Shown: positions 37,736 to 48,015, numbered from the stretch's first letter. The stretch is 64,000 nucleotides of DNA from Thermoplasmata archaeon (GCA_041489255.1 JBGPQV010000003.1:1-64000), one strand, 5' to 3'. The notes: generated by a model not told the origin, from the letters alone. Numbers and translations: made by a program.

Positions 37736-38980
37736 ATGGAGCGGACGAAACCGAGCCTCGACGTCGCGAAGATCAAGAAGGATTTCCCCATCATGGAGAG
37801 GAAGATCCACGGCAAGCCGCTGTGCTACCTCGACAGCGCTGCGACATCGCAGAAGCCGAGGCAGGTGATCGACGCGGTCAGCGAGTTCTATAGCAACTAC
37901 AACGCGAACGTCCACAGGGCGATATACGAGCTGGGCGAGGACGCGACGAGAGGGTACGAAGGTGCGAGGGAGAAGATCGCGCACTTCATCAATGCGAGGT
38001 CTTCGAGCGAGATTGTCTTCACGAGAGGCACGACGGAATCGATCAACATCGTCGCATATGGCTGGGGGATGAAGGGGAAACTCGGGAAGGGCGACGAGAT
38101 AGTCTCGACGGTGATGGAGCACCACTCGAACCACATCCCGTGGTTCTTCGTGCAGGACTACAAAGGCGTGAAGCTGTCCTGGATCGACATAGACGATGAG
38201 GGCTACCTGAAGATGGAGGACCTCGACCGCCTCGTCACGGAGAGGACGAAGATGGTGGCGGTCACGCAATGCTCGAACGTCCTCGGCACGATCAACCCCA
38301 TCAAGGAGATCGCGAAGAAGGCGCACGAGGTCAACGCGCTCTGCCTTGTCGACGCCGCGCAATCGGTTCCTCACTTCCCCGTAGATATGCAGAACCTAGA
38401 CTGCGACCTGCTTGCGTTCAGCGGGCACAAGATGCTGGGGCCCACGGGTATTGGAGTGCTCTACGGGAAGGAGAAGGTCCTGGAGGAGATGGAGCCGATG
38501 CTTGGCGGGGGCGAGATGATACGCGAGGTCCACCTCGGGCGGGCGACATGGAACGATGTGCCCTGGAAGTTCGAGGGTGGGACCCCGGATCCCGCGGGCG
38601 CCGTGGGACTTGGCGCTGCCATAGACTACCTCAGCTCGCTCGGCATGCAGAACGTGAGACAGCACGAGATCGAGCTCAATGCCTATGGCCTCGAGATGCT
38701 CGGTAAGATCAAGGGAATCAGCATCCTGGGCCCGATGGACCCGAAGAAGCGAGGCGGGCTGATTGCCTTCACCATCCCCGAAGCTCATCCGCACGACATC
38801 GCCGCCATACTCGACGCGGAGGGCATCGCAATCAGGTCCGGCCACAACTGCGCGCAACCACTGATGGAAAGGTGCGGCATCCCCGCCACCGCCAGGGCGT
38901 CGTTCTATGTCTACAACTCGCCCGAGGACATCGACCGCCTCGTCAAGGGGCTGAAGAAGGTGCAGGAGGTCTTCGCGTAG
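37736..38980 (+). CDS. sufS: Cysteine desulfurase SufS
   Basis: YLDSAATSQKP, EHHSN, FSGHKMLGPTG, RSGHNCAQP. Confidence 0.96.
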   Translation: MERTKPSLDVAKIKKDFPIMERKIHGKPLCYLDSAATSQKPRQVIDAVSEFYSNYNANVHRAIYELGEDATRGYEGAREKIAHFINARSSSEIVFTRGTTESINIVAYGWGMKGKLGKGDEIVSTVMEHHSNHIPWFFVQDYKGVKLSWIDIDDEGYLKMEDLDRLVTERTKMVAVTQCSNVLGTINPIKEIAKKAHEVNALCLVDAAQSVPHFPVDMQNLDCDLLAFSGHKMLGPTGIGVLYGKEKVLEEMEPMLGGGEMIREVHLGRATWNDVPWKFEGGTPDPAGAVGLGAAIDYLSSLGMQNVRQHEIELNAYGLEMLGKIKGISILGPMDPKKRGGLIAFTIPEAHPHDIAAILDAEGIAIRSGHNCAQPLMERCGIPATARASFYVYNSPEDIDRLVKGLKKVQEVFA

Positions 38981-39382
38981 ATGGCCTACGAGATGTACCA
39001 GGAGCAGATACTTGACCACTACAAGCACCCCCGCAACCGCGGCGAGATGCCGGACGCCGACCTCCAGGCCCGCGATTACAACCCGCTCTGCGGCGACGAC
39101 CTGACTATCTACCTCAAGACCGACGAGAAGGGGACGATCACCGATGTGAAGTTCACGGGACAGGGGTGCGCCATAAGCCAGTCATCGGCCTCGATGCTCA
39201 CTATGATGCTCAAGGGCAAGAACATCTCGGAGGCGAAAGGCATAGACCCTGACAGGATCGTGAAGATGCTCGGCATCCCGCTGAGCGCTGTCAGGCTGAA
39301 ATGCGCCCTCCTCTCCCTCCAGGTGTTGAAGAAAGCGCTGTTCAGCAAAGAACTGTCTCAGGCGGAAGCGATGAAAGAATAG
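38981..39382 (+). CDS. sufU: SufU/IscU-type sulfur transfer/scaffold protein
   Basis: ILDHYKHPRN, NPLCGD, GCAISQ, RLKCALL. Confidence 0.93.
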   Translation: MAYEMYQEQILDHYKHPRNRGEMPDADLQARDYNPLCGDDLTIYLKTDEKGTITDVKFTGQGCAISQSSASMLTMMLKGKNISEAKGIDPDRIVKMLGIPLSAVRLKCALLSLQVLKKALFSKELSQAEAMKE

Positions 39383-39394
39383 ACCGGGAGGAGA

Positions 39395-40231
39395 TCACGC
39401 GGTTGCGGCGATCTCGGCCAGCCACGCCGCACGCCTTTTCTTGTTTGCCTCGACTTCTTCCGCCGGCTTGAAGTCCTTCTCGACATCGGCCAGCAGTTCG
39501 ACGACCTTCATCAGGCTCTCCTTGCTCGGCGCGCGCACGTCGACGTTGGCGATCTCGAACTGCCTCTTGACCACCGGCATCCCCGCATCGACGCTGCCCA
39601 TCTGCGCGCAGAAGTCCGTCATTATCCTATCCGCAACGGCAATCAGGATGTCGACGGGTTCCTGAGGCACGGTCGGCAGAGCGACCTTCGGGGCGGTCTT
39701 CCCGACTCCCGCCACGATGTCCTGACCGAGCTTCACGAATGCCTCTTCGACGTGCTCTCCCGTCCTCGCGCTGCTCAGGAAGCCCTGGGCCTCGTAGCGC
39801 TGGGTGAGGTATCCCAGAAGCTCGTGCGCCGACACCTTGTCTGCGACCAAGTCGATCTTGTTGCCCGCGAACACGACAGGTATCTTCCCCACCAGCCTCC
39901 ACAGCATCGGCACCCAGTATTCCTCGAGCGACCGTCTCGTCTCGTCCCTCGTGAGGTCATAGACCATGAGAGCGCCCCTGGCCCCCTTGAGGGCCGTCTC
40001 CTGCACGCCTGCGTAGCCTCTCTGGCCGAGCACATCCCAGATCTGCATCACGATCTCCACCGGGACTCCATCATGCTTGACCGTTAGGTCCTTCTTGCTC
40101 ACCTTCGTCCCGACCGTCGTGATGTAGTCGTCGGAGAACTGGTCGACGACGAAACGGCGTATAAGCGATGTCTTCCCAACCGCCCCGTCGCCGAGAAGGA
40201 GGACCTTGGCCTTCAGCAGCTCAGGCGTCAT
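39395..40231 (-). CDS. Rab/Ras-like small GTPase with C-terminal helical domain
   Basis: G1 GDGAVGKT, G2 YITTVG, G3 WDVLGQ, G4 NKID, G5 SAR. Confidence 0.9.
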   Translation of the reverse strand: MTPELLKAKVLLLGDGAVGKTSLIRRFVVDQFSDDYITTVGTKVSKKDLTVKHDGVPVEIVMQIWDVLGQRGYAGVQETALKGARGALMVYDLTRDETRRSLEEYWVPMLWRLVGKIPVVFAGNKIDLVADKVSAHELLGYLTQRYEAQGFLSSARTGEHVEEAFVKLGQDIVAGVGKTAPKVALPTVPQEPVDILIAVADRIMTDFCAQMGSVDAGMPVVKRQFEIANVDVRAPSKESLMKVVELLADVEKDFKPAEEVEANKKRRAAWLAEIAATA

Positions 40232-40351
40232 TATCACTTCTCATTTTAGTATCGGGAGGATGCCTATAACCGTTGCCCTGTGAATATCAGTTGGGAGATA
40301 TGTGTCCTCCGTGCGAATGCTGCCCCGTCACAAAGCAATATCAGAGGATTG

Positions 40352-40591
40352 TCACAGCTCCTCGGCTGGGGCTTCCAGAAGCGTTATCGTCTTCTCCACG
40401 CCTCGAATTCTGCGTATCTTGTGCGTCACTATCCTAGCGAGTTCTTGAATGCTGGGAGCTTCGAGCTCGATGATGTAGTCGTAGTCTCCGAACAGGACAA
40501 AGGCCTCCTTGAATTCACCGATGTTGCTGAGCTGCGCCGTTACCTTCTTCTCCGCGCCAACCTCGACTTTCAGCAGGACGTACGCTAGCAT
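40352..40591 (-). CDS. Stand-alone Lrp/AsnC ligand-binding (RAM) domain
   Basis: AYVLLKV, FGDYDYII, IRRIRGVEKTITL. Confidence 0.9.
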   Translation of the reverse strand: MLAYVLLKVEVGAEKKVTAQLSNIGEFKEAFVLFGDYDYIIELEAPSIQELARIVTHKIRRIRGVEKTITLLEAPAEEL

Positions 40592-40701
40592 TCCGTAGAT
40601 TGCACGCCTCGAAAAGAGATAAAGGCGTCGCTTTAAAGAGCCGTTTGACGGGAATGCCTAGGGACTAGGAATCGAAGGCTGAGGCATTCTTATTGGTTGC
40701 C

Positions 40702-41015
40702 GCTGGGCCCAGCGGGGTTCACGCTGAAGACGGCGTGACTTGCGTCGAATACAGCGGGCTTCGCGCTGAACACAGCGCATTCTCCGCTGGAGACAGCGCA
40801 GTCCCCGCTGAACACGGCGACCTTCGCGCTGATAACGGCGGACCTCGCGCTGAGAACAGCGCATGTTCCGCTGGATGCAGCGCAATCCCCGCTGAATACG
40901 GAGACTTCGCGCTGAACACAGCGCATTCTCCGCTGGATACAGCGCATGTGGAGCTGAACACAGCGGACATACCGCAGCACAAGGCGGGACTCCCGCTGCA
41001 TGTGGCGGAAAGCCA
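40702..41015. repeat. Degenerate 21-nt tandem array (~15 units), consensus GCTGAACACAGCGCANNNNNC
   Basis: Units start at 40702, 40723, 40744, 40765, 40786, 40807, 40828, 40849, 40870, 40891 (20 nt), 40911, 40932, 40953, 40974, 40995. Confidence 0.9.
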
Positions 41016-41111
41016 GCGATATTTCGCTCGACCTACTGATCTTATCTCAGAATCCCAAGAAACCCTGCGGCTTCTCCAAGACGTGAGAATCCTTCTGGCA
41101 ACCATGTGAGA

Positions 41112-41132
41112 AGCGCGGGGAGGGGGATTTGA
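41112..41132 (-). repeat. att site: duplicate of the tRNA-Ser 3' end
   Basis: AGCGCGGGGAGGGGGATTTGA identical to 43481-43501. Confidence 0.88.
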
Positions 41133-41170
41133 CCTCCCCATACTCTCGGTACAGATTCCGAGATTATCGC

Positions 41171-41508
41171 TCACGGCATGCGCACTTCCGCAAGCCTAGC
41201 CTGCCTTCTGGCCTCCTTGACCAGACGGAAGGCGTCTATCTCGCGCAATCTGCCTCCTGGATGCATGTTTGGCTTGCTGCGGCCCTTCGATGCCGGGAAT
41301 CGCACGGGGCAAGCCACAAACAAGCGTCTCCCCGGTGCGCCCCCGACTGCTGGTTTCAATCCCTCAAGAATCCCGAGAGCCCTCAATCATCCAGACGATA
41401 ATCAATAGGCCCCCTCTCGGCCTTGCCTTCCTTCAATACTTTGATGACCATCTCGTAGGCCTTGATGGATTGCCAATCCGCTTTCTCGTTGTAGGTTCGT
41501 TCATCCAT
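41171..41508 (-). pseudogene. Probable tyrosine recombinase/integrase remnant
   Basis: Frameshifted pieces AERGLLIIVW / LRALGILEGLKP (box I-like) and RRLFVA..GRLREIDAFRLVKEARRQARL; abuts the att site; catalytic C-terminus absent. Confidence 0.4.
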
Positions 41509-41539
41509 ATTCTACCGGCTTTCTGCCTCTCGTCTGTCC

Positions 41540-41609
41540 TTGAGACGGAACCGCCTTTCTCCATTTCCCAGATGACCCACTTAATCCTTCTCTCGCTCAG
41601 TTATGCCAT
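41540..41609 (-). pseudogene. Possible IS481-like transposase N-terminal remnant
   Basis: MA*LSERRIKWVIWEMEKG resembles archaeal IS481-type starts (recalled pattern, not searched). Confidence 0.3.
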
Positions 41610-41721
41610 TCCCAAACTTGGTCGGGAGACGCGGGAAGTGTATGCAAGCTAACGCAATCCGTCGATATTGCCGTATGTTTCATTTAGATGAATCGCGTAT
41701 GTGTGATTCCGAGGGCGTTTT

Positions 41722-42860
41722 ATGACAAAGAAAAAGCTTGCTGTTGTGGCGGTAATCATAGCCGTTGTGATAATCATCTCGGGTTTTCTCGTGGTAACAC
41801 CTAGAGACGCCGGGAACTCTGCTCCCACCGTCCCGTTCACGCTTTCTGTCGCAGTCGAAGGAGCGCCGGTGGTAGGGGGGAATTTCACGATCCTGACGAC
41901 TGTCACTGCGAAAACCTGGGTGAACGCTACTGAGGTCACCCAGGGCCCGACTTTCCTTTCGCTGGATGTCACCCACGCAGTACAAGTGAACACGCCAGAT
42001 CCAGGAGATGACCCATGGGGGCTGCCGAGCGTATGGAATCTCACTGGGAAAAACGCATCGCTCGGGATTACATTCGCCCTGAACGTAACGGGGGTCTATG
42101 CGGGGGAGAGCACGTTGAACGCACAAGCATGGTGGCCTCCATCGTCGATGCACAACTGGTCTGATGTGCAACTCACCCCCACTGGCGGCCTCGTAGATCT
42201 CATGTCGGTCCAGACCATGGGCTTCGCTCAGTACAAACTGATTATCCAGGAGAATAGTCCTAGAGTTCGGTCAGAAGACGCTTCAGGTACGGAATCCTTG
42301 TACCAACCTTTCCCCATCGATAGCCTCGAAACACCAATCTCTTCCGCCAGCAGTGAGAATAACTACTCCTCACCTGAGGTGAACCCCCAGGCAAAAGCTC
42401 CCGTGCAAAACCGAAACTCGATTCCTTCTCTCGGTGCAAGAAGTCAGACTCTTGTCACTCGGCCAGAGACCTTGGGTCCATCTGATCCGTTAGCGATGGA
42501 AGATCTCGAGCCGAGCCCTTCACGGTCAGGGACGGTAACGGTCCAAGGCAGATTCATCTATGACAATCTCATAACGAAGGACCAAGCGGGTGCGAATTAT
42601 CTTCCTCAATCCGAACATCCCTATTTGCCCAATTGCGGTATTTCTTATCAGTGTGTTCAAACGAAAACCGACCCTGGCGCTGCTTTTCTAGGTGTAGTGT
42701 CTCCGGTACCTGGACAGAGCCGATTCGACTGACGAATGCAGCTGGCGATTCGAGGGTTCCGCGGCTGGCCGTCGATTTCGCATCCGGCAGGGTCGGCGTC
42801 GTATTCACGGACGATCTGGATGGCAATATGGAGATATACTTCCTAGCCAAGATGATTTAG
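41722..42860 (+). pseudogene. Disrupted secreted protein (signal-anchored N-part plus out-of-frame beta-propeller-like C-terminal blade)
   Basis: ORF 41722-42732 starts with KKK plus TM; overlapping frame 42633-42860 gives WTEPIRLT..PRLAVD..VVFTDDLDGNMEIYF. Confidence 0.5.
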
Positions 42861-43019
42861 CACCTCGGATCCGAGTTGTCCTCCTGATTAGCCAATGGAA
42901 ACGAATCCGACAATCGCCCCATCTTAATGGAGAGATTTCAGGCAACAAAAGTGCTTCAGAAACACCAATATGCCACCCCTATCCATGAAATCCCCGTCCG
43001 AAAGGACAAGGTGTAGTAG

Positions 43020-43241
43020 ATGAATGACAAGGTAGAAAGTAGTGAGATGGCGTCTAAGACTGCAGTTGTGCATGAAGTCTATTGCCCGGTAGATGAGGTA
43101 ATGGACCTGGAACCTTCGCATTGGTTCTGCCATAGTTGCAAAGCGCATTTCGGCATGCCCGTCTATGAAGTCACAGACAGGAGACAGGTCTGGGTATGCC
43201 CATTATGCAAGGAACCGGAAATAGAGGACAATGGAATCTGA
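43020..43241 (+). CDS. Small Cys-rich zinc-ribbon-like protein
   Basis: CPVD, FCHSC, WVCPLC; followed by a hairpin and T tract. Confidence 0.5.
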   Translation: MNDKVESSEMASKTAVVHEVYCPVDEVMDLEPSHWFCHSCKAHFGMPVYEVTDRRQVWVCPLCKEPEIEDNGI

Positions 43242-43265
43242 GCTAACATAGCCATATATCCCACC

Positions 43266-43306
43266 CCCGGCGGGTCTCGTCGCGCATATCCCGCCGGGAC
43301 TTTTTT
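43266..43306 (+). terminator. GC hairpin plus T6
   Basis: CCCGGCGGG..CCCGCCGGG then TTTTTT. Confidence 0.55.
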
Positions 43307-43482
43307 CAGAGCTTTTCTCAGAAGAGGTTCTAGGTGAATGACCGCCGAACCTCCTGCATGAAATCGACGACGGAGATAGGTAAAGGTGCCCCCACCCGTT
43401 TCCAGGCAGGAGCTTGAGGGGACACTCCGAGGGATTCGTGATTCCTCAAATGCGAAAATCTGCACCGTACCTATGTGTAGAG

Positions 43483-43566
43483 CGCGGGGAGGGGGATTTG
43501 AACCCCCGATCCCTTTCGGGAACTGGATTAGCAATCCAGCGCCTTACCGGGCTGGGCCATCCCCGC
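43483..43566 (-). tRNA. tRNA-Ser(GCT)
   Basis: GCGGGGA/TCCCCGC acceptor, CTGGA-TTGCTAA-TCCAG anticodon arm, long variable arm, GGTTCAAATCC, G discriminator. Confidence 0.95.
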
Positions 43567-43654
43567 AGCGCCCGCGCCTATGAGGGCGGTGAAGATAAAG
43601 GTTTTCGGGGCCGGTTCGCTCCCTTCGCCACGCGAAATGTTAAAGAGTCCCGCA

Positions 43655-46600
43655 ATGATGGATAGCGCGATGAAGGCGGGGGGCAGGCTCGCCTGCTTGT
43701 CGATCTGTCTGCTGCTCGTCGGGCTTATGTTGCCTTCGAGCCCGGTGCAGTCTGAGCGCGAGCACATGCAACCGGACTCGATTTTCCAGGTCGATGTCCC
43801 GACATGGTATGTCGGCGACACCTGGGCTTACAACACGCACATCTACCTCAGGATGGGCGAGAACTACACGAACCTCCGCGGCTCGGTCAGCTTCCGTGTG
43901 ATGGGGCTGTTGTCCGTGCGGCAGAACGGGACATACCACGAGGCCTACAACGTCAGCCTCACTGGATCTCTTACCGGCGATGGCGGGGGCGTCCTCAACG
44001 GAATCCCGTTCACCATCACGATATCCACCGGGAGCCTGACCGGATTCCATTGGTACGACCGTTCTGATCTATCGCTCATAAGGGATAATGAGACAGTCGA
44101 CGCCAGCGGGACTGTAGACGTGTTCATCTTCAGTTACCCCCTGACGTTGCGATTCGCAACGGAGAGCAACCGAAGCCCCTCGCAGGAGGACTATGACTTT
44201 CCGTTGCTGCCCGGCGACCAATGGCGGTTCGCTGGCAACATGCGGATGCTAGGGTTCTATTTCTTCTCCGTCACGGGGACGCCGTGGGGAGACCTAGCTT
44301 CGTTCAGTCCATTCGACCACAACATGACGATGGACTACAACGCGCGGCTCAGTGAGATCATCGACCTCAACATCGGCGGCACCAGCTACCACACATACCA
44401 TGTGAGCGAGACTCCGCTGCCGAGCAGTGGCACCGTCGGCGGCAGCGATCTCTGGTATGCGCCGAGCGTCAAGAACTACGCGCGGTGGTATCTCACCGCC
44501 TCCACCGTCGACTTCGTCGTCGGCGGCTTCCTGAACCTGACATCGCATTCCTTCACACTACCGCCATTCCCCGTCACGATGAACCTCGACCCGCAGATTG
44601 TGAACCCTGGCGGCTTCCTGAACGTGACCGGAAGCATGGGCATGTCAGGCACTACGATAATCCGGACCCCGTGGAACGGGTCCTATTGGACAGCAGCGAC
44701 AAACCCCGCTGGCGACTACTCCTTCATGATCAGAGCCCCGACACGAGACGACGACACGCCGTGCAACGCGGATGTCGGCAGCTTCGGAGTCCTCATCGAG
44801 GCGGTCGATCCGATAGATCGCATATCCTACAATGCATCGACGATCGTGCTCCTGTTGCCAGACCTTTCGATCAGCCAATCAGACTTGAGTTTCTCCTCCC
44901 CGCCGCAAGTCGGCGTGCCCACGAATGTGAGGGCCAATGTTCACTCTTCCTCAGACGTCGGAGTCTACAACATCGTCGAGGTGAACTTCCTCCTCGACGG
45001 ATCATTCCTGGCGGCTGATTCCTTCGGGCCGATGCTCCCGGGCAGCCAACATACGTTCACAGGGACGTGGATCCCGACGGCGGGGATTCACACCATCGCC
45101 GCGAGGGTCGATCCGCGCGACCTGATACGCGAGAGGGACGAGAGCAACAACTATGCAGAGATGGGCGCCGCCACTTCTCTGCCGGACTTAGTGCCTTGGA
45201 ACATCACGATCAGCGACGGGGAATTCGCGCACTATGACGACCCCGCCACGGTCGGGTTCGCGACACCGCTGTTGAGCGCGAGCTGGGGCGAGACGCTGGC
45301 GGTGGCGTTCGGCATCAGGAACGCGGGCAATGACACATTCGGAGGCCAGGTGAGGGTCGTGATAGTTGAGACCCAAGGGCTCAGGGGTCCCGCCATAGCT
45401 CCTCCGTTCTACGACCAGACGTTGAGCCTGACGATACCCAGCGGCACGTTTGTCGATGCTCCTCCCGCCACATGGCCCGTCCCGCAGACGCACAACACCT
45501 ACTTCTTCAACCTCACAGTCGACCCTGACAACCTAATCCCGGAGATATTCGAGGGTAACAATACATTTGCGATCCGCATCTCGGTGGGGGCGCCGGACCT
45601 GACCATCGGTGTCACAGGTCCCGCCAAGATACCGCTTGGCGGCGCAGGATCGGCGACTGTCAACGTGAGAAATGCGGGGGACAAGCTCAGCCCCGCCACG
45701 AGCGTGGAGATCAGAGATGCCACGAGCGGCAGCCTGCTCGGGAGCATCCCGGTCAGTCCGATGAACGCGGGCGCCATCGGCATGCTGAACTACCCCCTCG
45801 ACTCGCTTACATCCGCGACAGGTGCCGTGTGCCTCCAGTTCGACATCGACGCCGCGAACTCCATCCTTGAGTCGAACGAGTCCAATAACGGTTTCGAGTG
45901 GTGCTTCGATGTCATGCCGTTGCCCGAGACAACGATGGAACTCACCGGGGCAGTGTATGTCGGCGTGACCAACACATACATCACCAACGCGACGAACATC
46001 GACCTCATAGCCCATGACAACAGCGGGACCGGGATCGCCCGCACGCAGTACAGCATCGATGGCGGTGCCTGGGTGGACTATTCGGTCGGGACTCCGACAC
46101 ACATGGACAGCGAGGGCCTGCACCAGATCCGGTTCAACAGCACCGACAACATCGGCGGCGCGGAGGCGACTGTGACCAGGACGCTGTTCGTCGATGACAT
46201 CGCGCCAGTCTCTACCGCCGCCTGGAACGGGACTGCGGTCCTCATCAGCGCGACGGACGCGGGCTGCGGGGTCAACGCGACGTTCTACCGCCTTGACTCG
46301 GGGACGTTAGTCCTCTACGACGGTCCATTCGCAGTCACGGGAGACGGACAGCACACGGTCTGGTTCTACTCTGTCGACAGGCTCGGGAACGTGGAGGAGC
46401 AGGGCAGCCTCTTGTTCACGATTGGCGGGGCTTCCGCCGCCGTGGAAGTGAACTTGAAGCCCCAAATTGCCGTTGTCTTTGCGGCGGACCTGCTTGCGGT
46501 GTTCCTGTTCCTGCGACGGGAGGACAAGAGGCGCAACCTCCTCATTGTCGCAATCCTGTTCATCGTCGCTGAGCTCTCAACGGGCGCAGCCTCCCTCGCC

Positions 46601-46768
46601 GTGGACGCGCTCTCCTACGTGCCCTTGACGGGCAAGATGCTCGGCATCTACATCGACCTTGTCGTCCTCGTCGTCGGGATGGCGGTGCTCTGGATGATGC
46701 AGAAGTCTGCGGAACCCGCAGGAGCCCCAGAGGAATCCGGAGAAGGACTGCCCGAGGAAAAGGCTTAA
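43655..46768 (+). CDS. Large cell-surface protein with CARDB and Ig-like domains and a C-terminal membrane anchor
   Basis: Signal peptide; repeated PDL..VDP.N.I.E.DE.NN; YSVDRLGNVE; C-terminal TMs. Confidence 0.85.
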   Translation: MMDSAMKAGGRLACLSICLLLVGLMLPSSPVQSEREHMQPDSIFQVDVPTWYVGDTWAYNTHIYLRMGENYTNLRGSVSFRVMGLLSVRQNGTYHEAYNVSLTGSLTGDGGGVLNGIPFTITISTGSLTGFHWYDRSDLSLIRDNETVDASGTVDVFIFSYPLTLRFATESNRSPSQEDYDFPLLPGDQWRFAGNMRMLGFYFFSVTGTPWGDLASFSPFDHNMTMDYNARLSEIIDLNIGGTSYHTYHVSETPLPSSGTVGGSDLWYAPSVKNYARWYLTASTVDFVVGGFLNLTSHSFTLPPFPVTMNLDPQIVNPGGFLNVTGSMGMSGTTIIRTPWNGSYWTAATNPAGDYSFMIRAPTRDDDTPCNADVGSFGVLIEAVDPIDRISYNASTIVLLLPDLSISQSDLSFSSPPQVGVPTNVRANVHSSSDVGVYNIVEVNFLLDGSFLAADSFGPMLPGSQHTFTGTWIPTAGIHTIAARVDPRDLIRERDESNNYAEMGAATSLPDLVPWNITISDGEFAHYDDPATVGFATPLLSASWGETLAVAFGIRNAGNDTFGGQVRVVIVETQGLRGPAIAPPFYDQTLSLTIPSGTFVDAPPATWPVPQTHNTYFFNLTVDPDNLIPEIFEGNNTFAIRISVGAPDLTIGVTGPAKIPLGGAGSATVNVRNAGDKLSPATSVEIRDATSGSLLGSIPVSPMNAGAIGMLNYPLDSLTSATGAVCLQFDIDAANSILESNESNNGFEWCFDVMPLPETTMELTGAVYVGVTNTYITNATNIDLIAHDNSGTGIARTQYSIDGGAWVDYSVGTPTHMDSEGLHQIRFNSTDNIGGAEATVTRTLFVDDIAPVSTAAWNGTAVLISATDAGCGVNATFYRLDSGTLVLYDGPFAVTGDGQHTVWFYSVDRLGNVEEQGSLLFTIGGASAAVEVNLKPQIAVVFAADLLAVFLFLRREDKRRNLLIVAILFIVAELSTGAASLAVDALSYVPLTGKMLGIYIDLVVLVVGMAVLWMMQKSAEPAGAPEESGEGLPEEKA

Positions 46769-46792
46769 GCCGATTCGGTTTGTGCCGCCAGC

Positions 46793-47932
46793 GTGGAACA
46801 CAGGTTCCGTCACCTGCTGATGATACAGACGTTGCTCTCGCTCGCGGGCTCATCGGCGGGCACCTTCGGCATCGTCTACCTCGCGAAGGACGGTATCGCG
46901 CCGGGCCAAGGCTTCTCCTACGCGGAGGCGCCGATGTTCTACTTGTTCGGATTCCTGTTCGCAGCATTGTTCTGCGGGGTCATGGCCTGGAGGCCTTCGA
47001 TCCGCGTGAAGACCTCGATGGCTCTGGGACTCTTGACGCTCGGGATAGCATACGCCGGGATGGCGGTCCTCCACGGCTACATCCTGGTCACATTCATCCC
47101 GTTCTTCTATGGGATCTCGATCCCGCTGTTCTACCTCCCGTTCAATGCCTTGATAGTCAAAAAGACGAAACCCGAGAACCGCGGGATGCGCATGGGCGTG
47201 GTGTTCCTCGTCGTGACCGTCACGGGTGTCATCGCTCCGACCCTCGCCGGCCAGATCATCGGAGCGGCGGGCTATGCGACGCTGTTCGCCTTCGGGTTCG
47301 CGTGCCTCCTTGTGGACATCGTCCTGGTGTTGTTCTTCATCAACAGTGATCACGAAATGGTCTTCCGAATCAATTACGCGAGCTTCGGAAGGAGGAACGT
47401 GGCGGCGATGTTCTTCGAGGGCTGCTACGAGGGGCTTTCATTCTCCCTCATCCCCTTGATCACCCTCCTCTTCGTCAAGGGCGAACAGCAACTGGGCTAC
47501 ATCTTCTCGGTGTTCGCTTTGGCGGGGGGCGGGATGATGCTCGTCCTCGGATTCACTTCCGACAGGATACGGAGGAGGCACCTGTTCATGTGGGCAGGGG
47601 CGGTGATGTCCAGCATCTTCGCGCTCATGGTCTCCCTGGCGCCTAACCTCGGGTCATTCGTGGCGGGGAACAGCCTCCTCCAGCTCACGGGCAGCATTGC
47701 CCCCTTGTTCATATTCGCGATGATGGCGGACATCGGGGAGGACGACCCGGCAGGCGTGTCTGCGACGAGAGAGATCCTTCTGAATTCAGGCCGGGCCTTC
47801 TCGCTCTCGCTCTACGTGGTCGCGGCTGTCGCGGGCATCGGAATCCAGACGGCATTCATCGCCGCATCTGTGTACCTGCTGTTGATGTTGACCGGCAAGG
47901 GGAGCGGAGGAGCGGACAAGCCGAGAACGTGA
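46793..47932 (+). CDS. MFS transporter
   Basis: About 12 TM; PENRG, GFTSDRIRRR motif-A-like. Confidence 0.85.
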   Translation: MEHRFRHLLMIQTLLSLAGSSAGTFGIVYLAKDGIAPGQGFSYAEAPMFYLFGFLFAALFCGVMAWRPSIRVKTSMALGLLTLGIAYAGMAVLHGYILVTFIPFFYGISIPLFYLPFNALIVKKTKPENRGMRMGVVFLVVTVTGVIAPTLAGQIIGAAGYATLFAFGFACLLVDIVLVLFFINSDHEMVFRINYASFGRRNVAAMFFEGCYEGLSFSLIPLITLLFVKGEQQLGYIFSVFALAGGGMMLVLGFTSDRIRRRHLFMWAGAVMSSIFALMVSLAPNLGSFVAGNSLLQLTGSIAPLFIFAMMADIGEDDPAGVSATREILLNSGRAFSLSLYVVAAVAGIGIQTAFIAASVYLLLMLTGKGSGGADKPRT

Positions 47933-48015
47933 CGAATCCAGGAGAGCGATTCACGATGAATAAAGCGAAAAGAGCATCTAGCGATTGCGTCTACGATGAT
48001 ACCGGGTCGAACCTC

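Larger units (their letters stand above)
41112..43501. mobile_element. Decayed integrative element at the 3' end of tRNA-Ser
   Basis: 21-bp direct repeat of the tRNA 3' end (41112-41132 and 43481-43501); interior looks lower in GC and holds gene fragments. Confidence 0.75.

Noticed and set aside
40702-41015. CRISPR array
   Set aside because: Period is only 21 nt, repeats are degenerate, there are no unique 30-40 nt spacers and no cas genes; the same applies to 52421-52921.
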